In this document: positions 54,503 to 64,000 of the stretch, piece by piece
How the letters are laid out: the number at the start of each line of letters is the position of its first letter
How positions within the stretch are numbered: the stretch's first letter is position 1
From: Octopus sinensis
Taxonomy: Eukaryota
NCBI RefSeq assembly: GCF_006345805.1
Contig: NC_043000.1
Location: 54,002,001-54,066,000, forward strand
Direction of reading: 5' to 3'
Length of the DNA stretch: 64,000 nucleotides
Notes under the pieces: model-generated
What the model saw: only the letters and a program-made list of their open reading frames with translations
What the model was told of the DNA's origin: nothing
Database searches by the model: none
Translations under genes and position numbers: made by a program

Positions 54503-54534
<32 letters not shown>

Positions 54535-54553
54535 GTGTGTGTGTGTATTTATG

Positions 54554-54613
<60 letters not shown>

Positions 54614-54765
54614 CACGGTATTCTTTCAGTTTCTGTTCATCAAATCCACTCACAAGACTTTGATCGTTCGGTGCCATAGTAAAAGTTATTCAAAGTGCCG
54701 TGCGTTGGACTGAACTCGGAGCTATGATGCTGGGAAGCAATCTCCTTGCCATACAGCGACGCCTG
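54275..54765 (-). mobile_element. SINE family C with expanded internal microsatellite
   Basis: cttttacttgttt..ggactg.g.ccatg..caccgcc, ttctttcagtttc..caaatccactcacaag and ggactgaac.cgga. Confidence 0.85.
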
Positions 54766-56791
54766 TGCTTATTAAAATCAGGCCTGCGTACTTGTGCACA
54801 CAAATATTTTTCTTAGCATGTTTATGGTCAATAGTTTTTCGGTGTTTATACATATTTTCACCGATATTAGAGAATGTATGCAGGATCTGAGATAATAATG
54901 TATGCATTCTAATATCTACCACATAGAAAGTTAAAATAGATAAATAGACAATTATGAATAATAAATGTTTATTACTTACTTAGGTCGTAAATCAGAAGGT
55001 TATGTACAATTCTTGATGAAAATAATTGATCACACTTAATGGAAGAGAATAAAATTAAAGAAATTATTTCAGTAAAAGCATGCATGATAAGGGACTTCGA
55101 GAAATGTGCCTGCTTCTTCCATAGAAACAAGGTATTTAAAGCAAACACCAAAGCGATATAGAAAGTACTTACAACTGGAAAACTTTCAATGCCAAAGAAT
55201 TCTTTTTTTTTATTTTGGGATAGAACTTTGAAAGCAAACTCAGTACAAGAAACAATAATAAAACAGAGAATAAGAAGGTAATGTATAATAGCACTACGAG
55301 CAATTTCTATCATTATCTCATGAATTTCACCAATACATTACTGCAACAGCAAAGATTTGAAGCACTCAGCCGAAACCCATGGGTGTATTAGCGTAGTATC
55401 TAATGCTTTATAAAACATACCAGAATCAACTGCTGAGGGAGCGGAAAGCAATATTATTTCTCCAAAACTGGATATCCAAACACTTCGAAAACGATAACAG
55501 CAATAATGACATTATACAGCAAGGAGAAGGGATTCATAAACAAACGTATTCCCTCAACTATTGAAATTTTTCCAAAGAGGATCATTATTTAGCATGAAAA
55601 TATTTACAAGGTTATAATAATTTTTTGGTAATCCTGCAACTAAGCGTTTCCAAATTCAGTCAAAACATAAAAATAGTTATGAGATTAGAAAAATGTGACA
55701 AAGCTTCTTTTAAAACGGAAAACATTAAATAAATCTGTGAACATCAAATAAAAACAGCACTGAAATAAGAGAATTAGAATAGAATACTTCATAGACATAC
55801 ATAGGACTAGTTGAAATACATAAAATGAGGAACAAAATATATGAAGAGATATTAGAAACGAAAACGCGAAAAAAAGCCAGAGTAATTTAAAACAACCCTA
55901 TTCAATATAGGAAATAAAAGTATACGTCTAAAAACTCTTGCTGTCATGGTTTTAATCTGAAGCTTCAACATAATAAACTGCAAGTGAATGGAAGAGCTTA
56001 AACGGAACATTATAAAAAGAAGTAAAACATTTAGAAGCCATCAGACAAATACTGACATAAACAGAAAACAAGCGAACAGATATACCACGTAGTCTCACTG
56101 AAGTGAGATAATACTCAAGAACAAGACAAGCAAAAAAGAAACAACAAACATACATTAAAATATCCAGAAGCAAAGGATACTGACCAATGGAAAAAGAAAA
56201 TGTAAAAAATTAAAAAGACAAAATAATTTTTTACTATAGATAACCAAAATATATAACTCAGACTGAAAAATAAGTACACTGAATAGGTAATGATAAAAAA
56301 AGGAAAATGCATTAAAATCAAAATTATACTACACAAAGAAGAGACAAATTAAACCCCACGCTATGCCTCCGTAAGAATCGACCTGCAGAAGGTAAGACAA
56401 AGGGAAAAGGAAGGAAATACATGCGCAATCTCCCTTTAAATCACAAACAAGGCAATTAGTGTAAATATGAAATTACTGTTGTCTGATGGACGTTTGGTAT
56501 ACCAAACCACCAAACACACATATGGAAGTTATATCGAACTAGGTTATAAGATTGTACTTTATAGAAATGTACCGATGCAGAAACCCCTTCCCTGAAGTCC
56601 GATACAGAGACCCTTCCTTGAAGTCCGATGATATCATCCATTGCCCAACTTGATGTATTTTCAAATATATTGTCTACAAGAATATTTTAACATCCGCGAC
56701 ATTATCCGCACGGTAAATCCGTTGTTATTCATAAACAATTTTATAATAGCAAATTAAATTTCACATAAATTTCACATTTATATACAAATGT

Positions 56792-56822
<31 letters not shown>

Positions 56823-57732
56823 TGCACAGACACACAAATGCGCATACACACACAAACTCACACATTTGATCGAAGACAACACACTTATTTGTAAATTATA
56901 TTCCTGAATTTGCTTAATATGTAACTAAAAGCAAAATGTAATTACAACTATAATATTTATGGTACGTTTTATAAAATTGGATTGCAACAATGAACCAACA
57001 CAAATTTATTTGTCCATTATATTTTCAAATTAGATTAATACGTAACTACAATCAAAACTAAATTATAACTATGAAATTGAAAATATTCTATATATCAGGC
57101 GCAACAAAATAACATCATGTTTTCCTGTTTTATCTCCTGGGTGTAGGATAAATTGTCTGCAATTTCTATTTGGTCTGGTGGCTTCCGGTTTTTTTTTCTT
57201 CAGTCTGTGTTGGTGATTCGAGCCGATGTGGAAGAATGTTTACGCGAATAGCATGAGGTGTGAAACTCATGAGTCCATAAGTAACATATATAGCATTTTA
57301 AATATGATTTTCATATTGCTAAATGATCATTCTCTTGCTGTTCAGAAAAATGACATCCACTCATGCAATTTGTTCTTCGTATCTTCACGCTCAATTTCAG
57401 TTCATTTATATTATCTTTTTATTATTTTTGTCAACTAACATTTCGTATAATCATAGGTGTGTTGTTAAAATATTTAATACCTTGTACACTGAGAAGCGAA
57501 TTGAAATTATATGCACGGAAACTAATGAACATATTTTTTTCAAAGATCAATTGAATTTTCCTTTTCCAGGTAACTCAGCAGATAACTTAATCATTTTTCT
57601 GGCGTTATTCTGAATTTGTGCATCAGGTACGAAAGTATGTGCACATGTCTGTCTATCTTTCTATCTATCTTTCTATCTATCTATCTATCTGTCTATCTAT
57701 CCATCTATCTATCTATCTATCTATCTATCCAT

Positions 57733-57763
<31 letters not shown>

Positions 57764-59129
57764 AAACGTATATACACACGCATATATACAGAAAATTTAT
57801 GTGTATGTGCGCGAGAGGTGCGTGTAGTTTTTTTCTAAATAGTGTCAATTTATTTTACATGTGGATCAGTGGTAGCACTAATGGGAAGAGAAGAAAGTTC
57901 AACTCACTTTATGGACGAAAATACTAAACAACTTGTATTATATTTATCTTCAACAATAATCTTTGCTGCGTATTTTTTATAAATATAGTGCTAGCAAAAA
58001 TAACGTTTGGTTGTATTGAGTTACAAGCGATGATAAAAGCTACCTGACTAAATGCAGATTCTTATCAAAAAGACGTTGCATTGAATGATTTACTGAATTA
58101 AGCATAAAAATCGATGAGTTTTAAAAATAAAATCTGCCAAGGATATGCCATTCTAACTATGTTCATAAAGTGTTTCAAAGCAGGAACGTCTAAATTATGT
58201 TCAGTAATGTACGATGTACTGCGGAAGTATATCACAATATATACTAAGTTTATTCAATATATATCTACTGCATTTATTTCCTACAGAAATTCATGTTGAC
58301 CTGAAGAACTATATGCAATAAATGCATATAGAATAATATTTGTGTGTTGTGACGTATTTGTGTTTCGCTCAAACACTTTATACACACGCAAACACACACG
58401 CATATATATAGCGTTAATAATGATATTTAAATCTGTACGTGGGTGGAATGTGTACTAAATTGATCATTGAAAATATACACAACTTTTTAGCAAATGAGCA
58501 TGGTGCAAAAACTATCTTGACAATATGTTAACAAGTATATATCGAATATATGGACTGTATCCCATGTTGATTTATTTCTAAATGCAATTTTAGCTTATTA
58601 TTTTTAAAATGGTGTCATTTTTTACAGGTTTATACTACTGTCTATTCGTATAGGGGTGTATTTTTTACTTTGTCTGCTTGTCTGCTCGTCTGCATATCTG
58701 AATTCCTCTCTCTTTCCTTCTCTCTCTGTATAATTATATATGAGCATATGCATTCAAACGTTTTCACACTCACACATGTACACCGCTCCCAACACACACA
58801 CACACACACACAACACACATATATATATATATATGACCACCAGACTTTGTTTTCGTTATTTATTCCTTCTGTTTTGCATATGTGAATTACAGGGATATGT
58901 CGTATGTGGAGTCCCATTTGTAGAAAATAGAAATACACACTCTTGACTGCTATTTCTAATTTTTCGGTATGCGGCCAAGCAACCTGTTGCCTGCCCCATT
59001 TATTTATATATAATATATATACTGAACTTTACAGAAGTTCCTACTGTTAATCGGTTATATTTACATACCGAATTCTACCAGTAAATAATTGTTGTTGTTT
59101 TTAAAACCATTATAGAAATTAGTTACTCT

Positions 59130-59429
<300 letters not shown>

Positions 59430-59431
59430 GT

Positions 59432-59615
59432 GGAGGCGCGTGATTTAGTGTTAAGTTTCTTGGAATGCGGTTTCAATTCATGGGCCGCGCGATGTGTTGT
59501 GTTTTTGAGCAAGACATTTTATTTCTCGTTGCTCCAATCCACTCAGTTGGCAAAAATGAGTATCCTGCAACGGACCGACGTCCTGTCCAGGTGGGTAACA
59601 TATACGCCATGAAAT
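59432..59615 (+). mobile_element. SINE family B
   Basis: ggaggcgcgtgatttagtg, tgttgtgtttttgagcaagaca, ttgctccaatccactcagttggcaaaaatgagta and catatacgccat. Confidence 0.85.
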
Positions 59616-60404
59616 ATATAGCGGGTAACACGCTTTATATTTTTAGTTATAGTCTCTTTATATTTTGGTATTTAAATTTTATTCATAAAGCAAACTTCGA
59701 GCAGATGTCATCTGTATGATTGTGCTTTTCAATGGCACTGTTAGCATTTGTGTATATTAACTAGGTAGAATGTATTGTTGCGTAAGTTGAGCTTGCCATC
59801 TTTCTAATGATTATCTAGCTTCATATAAAGAGATCTGATAGCTCCTAATAAATGTATATGTTAAATCACTTTTAACATAATTACTTTTACTTCTCTAAAG
59901 TATCAACTATTATACCACACGTCAATTCCTGTTTAGCAGAGGAAATTGTCTTTTAAACTGTGCATTGCAGTATATTAGAATTTGGTTCATTTGACAGAAA
60001 ACACAGCTGGGTTTGGATTTAGACAAATTTGTGAAGAAACTTCCTCATTCCCTTTCTTTATTTATTACAATACACAGGAAATTACAGTGTGTACATTGAG
60101 CATACGATAATATGCCTCATAAATTAGTAGTCATTCTACTACTTGAAGTTGAAACATTTTGCACGTGATGTCATATCAATAACATTATTTACTAACTATA
60201 ATTTTAAAAAAAGACAATAACAATTATAATGACCACAAAATGCATTTTAGGGAGCTAAAATATAATTATCACGCCAAAACGGTTCAATGCTAAACATTTA
60301 CACATCTTGTCTTTCGTTCACCGTCGATAAATGAAATATCAATAGTAAGCATTATGGTCTAAATAATGAAATAGATAAAATGTCTTCAGTACATTGAGTT
60401 TGTT

Positions 60405-60625
60405 AATAATTGCTTCAAATTCTGACACAATGCCAGAAATTTGCGGAGAGGGGCTAAGTCGATTACATCGGCCTCAGTATTGAACTGGTACTTATTTTAT
60501 CGACCGTTGAAATGATGAACAGCAAAGTCGTCAACGGTAGAATTTGAAATCAGAACGTAAAGACGGGCGAAAAGGCGCTGAATATTTTCCCCGGCCTACA
60601 AACGATTCAAACTACTCGCCGCTAT
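60405..60625 (-). mobile_element. SINE family A
   Basis: aagtcgattacatcg, aactggtacttattttatcgacc, caaagtcg, aatttgaa.tcagaacgtaaagac and ctcgccgc. Confidence 0.85.
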
Positions 60626-61110
60626 AAGTCCGTTAAATAACGTCAAGCATTTGATCCTCTACCATTAGTAAACATACTTTTAACTAAAATTCGAACATTA
60701 AAGATTTTTTTCTGTTTTCTCTTGTTGTTCTTTAGTCATGTATTGAATGCAAAATGTTTGACATTTTACAACGGTCGACATTCTTTTAAATTATGCATTT
60801 AACTTGTTTTTAAATATATATATATATATATATATATACTTACATATATACTTACATTTACACACGCGTTCAAACATATACACACACACATATATATAAG
60901 TCCAATCAACATTAAATTTGATCGATAACAAGAAACACGGAAACCACTGCAACAGTATATCTGAATGTGAGAAGGTGATAGTACATACGAGATAGAACAG
61001 TATGGATGTATGCATATGCATGTATGCATATATGTGCAAATATCAGTATTTACGCAGGCACATACGTACATGTGCATAAGCGCGCCCAAACACACACTAT
61101 ACATGCATAC

Positions 61111-61180
<70 letters not shown>

Positions 61181-61862
61181 AGTAATAACTAGAGAGTAAA
61201 TAATACAGCATTAAGGGGACGGTGTCACAAAGATATAATAAAGATGAACAGGAGAGCAGATGCTTTCAATCTTTGATGGTTACCGTGGTTAGTAAATATT
61301 AATCAACACATATCAAAAGTTCATGGAGAAATTCTCAAATCTTTTCCATCTCCTTAGTTAGATTATTGATAACATTTTCCTGTTATTGTTATTTTTCCTA
61401 TATTTTTGCATTTCTTATAATTAGATTTTTTCTTTTTCGTTAATACAAACTAAAATCTGAAGATAATGAGATGGGATGATTGAAGAAATACGTATTTTTC
61501 CCCTTTTACTTTTAATTTTTTACGATGTTCATGTTGGTGGTAAAGATGTCATTCTTTTAACAGCTTCTCACGTGTTCATTATAATATATACATAGAACTT
61601 AGTACATATATATTATATGTGGTGGTTTTAAAACATTTCTAATGCTGCTATTATGGTTTTGCGCGTTTGCTTTCGTTGTTTCTGAAACAGACATGCTTAT
61701 CGTTGATATAGAAAAAGCAGTAGCATCCTAAGTTATTATCTATTCTACATGCATTAATCCATTTATTGAGCTTCATAAATATTTACATATATACAGAGAG
61801 AGTGTACGCACACATGGATTTATCTATCTATTCATTTATCTATCTATATATCGATATATATG

Positions 61863-61904
<42 letters not shown>

Positions 61905-64000
61905 ATATATACATACACACATATATGCATATATATCTATACATACATATATATGTATATATATATATATATATTATATATATATATATATATATCCATA
62001 CATATGTGCAATTCACATGCATACATTTATCTTTCTATTTCTCTCTAATTATCAGGCAACTTTTTTCCATATTGTGTTCTCACCTCCTACAATATGCACT
62101 TAACTGTAGTAGATGATTAAGTCTGGAAATCCATAATACCAATGAACTGAAGTTTCTGTTTCGTCGGTGGATACTCGCCATGTAGGGCTAATTACTTTCA
62201 TTCATTTTGAAAAAATTGGTGTATATGCATTATGTTGCCCTGCCGGCGAGAAAATAAAACCTATGTTTTAGGCAAACAGAATCAGAATGTCCACTTTAGT
62301 TATGTATATTATAAAATTATCTACTATTGAAAATATATAGGCCAATACATACATGAGAATATAAAATATTCATAGAATTACTGCTATATTAACAAGTAAA
62401 TGGATGCGTCGTCAGTTTCTACGATGATTTCTCTAGCTGTATGAGCAACAAATACTACATGTACCTTGAAATATCATGTAATTACTGATATATAGTTGAG
62501 TACTCACAAAATTCACAATTAATCTTTATTGAGATTCAACATCCAGATCAGGCCTGCCTGTTAGAATTACTGCTACATGTTTGAGTGTGGTTTCTGGCAA
62601 TCTCCTTTCATTCACAAGTCTCATAAATATACATATTTGATGAAAATTGATACATGCCCAAGGTGCAGCACAATAATATGGAACCTGTAATGTTAGAATT
62701 ACGAGACAGATTTCTTACAAACTGAACAAACATTTAGCAACGGTTAGCCACACGTATACTGATATGAGCACATAATTCTCTCGCAAAATAGCACTAATGT
62801 ATAAACTCTAACAACCTAAGTAGTATATCTAAGAGAAATAATGCTTACATGGTGTTTAAACATGCTGTAGGATGAACTTCATTTTAAGATCAAAGAAAAA
62901 AAAATTGTGAAGTGTATACATCTGTACACTTCATGAGGAACTATTGAGTTATTAGAAGAAGCTTCAAACTTTAGCATGCTAACTTTTTGCAACAGTGTGG
63001 ATATGAGTATAGCAGTAAGTTTGGTTCTAAACAACATCTGGTGATGTCGAATCGGTAAAACCATCCAGGTTCTATTTATTGCTGAAAGTTATACGACTAT
63101 TCAGTAGATGTACTTCATTGAAGGAGTGGTTGTGTTATGGAGTCGATCCAATGGATCAGTCAGGGTAGATGAGATAATTTCGTTTGCCAAGAGTTATACA
63201 GAGAAAGGATTGATACTCCCGCTTAGAAGGAAAGGCAAGGCAATAAAAAAATATGGAATTAAGCCGGAACTCTAGCAGAAGTACTCGTTACTGAACCTAT
63301 GTCGGATTCTTCTATTGTTACATCACCTGGCTCATCTCCAAGAAGCCGAAATAAATGCCAAAGAAATTACCACGATCCCATTATAATAAGGACCAGGGAA
63401 ATGATGATGACAGAGAATATAGTGAGTTTCCTCGTGAGGCGAAAGACTGAGCAGTACCTACGATCAGCACTACCACCCCATAATTGTATTGCTTTGAGAA
63501 GGGATGGAAACTGAAGCAAGCGACGGTAATAAATGAATGGGGGTGCGAATCATGTGCTCACAAGATAAAAGGTAAGCAAAGTATTTTCTTTGCTGCTTGA
63601 GATGGAGGAGTACCAGATGATTCTCAATGGCAGATGAGATTTTAGTGGCATATCAACAGCCAACAGATTGTGAACCTAAGTTGGAGTGCTTCTTCACTCT
63701 TCGACCATTCGGTTGCTGAAATTAATCAAGCAAATTTTCAGAAAAGACAATTTGCACGGATTGGAAGGAGCAGAATGCAATCAGAGCCATAGGTGGCGCC
63801 TTCTCATCTTTGATTCAGTAGATTGTTTTTATTCGTATCGAGTTTAGGAATCTTTCTTAATGTGTTTTAGAGTATTTCGTTTTTAACAATCCACATACAT
63901 TTCACTGCGTTTTCAATAACAGCTTTTTTAAACTTATACCTCGAGTGTCCAATTGCTGTGTTACTTTACTTTTGTACATTGAAGATGCAGCTGCATGTTT

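Overview
AT-rich, repeat-dominated eukaryotic DNA (intronic or intergenic). I cannot support any intact host protein-coding gene here, and most listed ORFs are microsatellite artefacts. The SINE families and microsatellite load suggest a coleoid cephalopod, probably Octopus; this is inferred from my recollection of these repeats, not from a database search. Recognisable content: three multi-copy tRNA-derived SINE families, decayed non-LTR retrotransposons (Tx1/L1-like, CR1-group, RTE, R4-like restriction-endonuclease type), a Penelope-like (PLE) GIY-YIG remnant, Tc1/mariner remnants with DD37D and DD41D spacing, a hAT fragment, Helitron pieces, and several fold-backs and tandem duplications. 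The main unexplained signal is about 10 minimal type I hammerhead-ribozyme (HHR) motifs in small non-coding elements, most abutting (TA)n tracts. They include a tRNA-headed SINE-like element carrying an HHR and a partial-tandem, retrozyme-like unit whose two copies keep pairing despite different stem sequences. Most of these copies have core mutations, so activity is not shown. Coordinates were read by eye and element boundaries are approximate.
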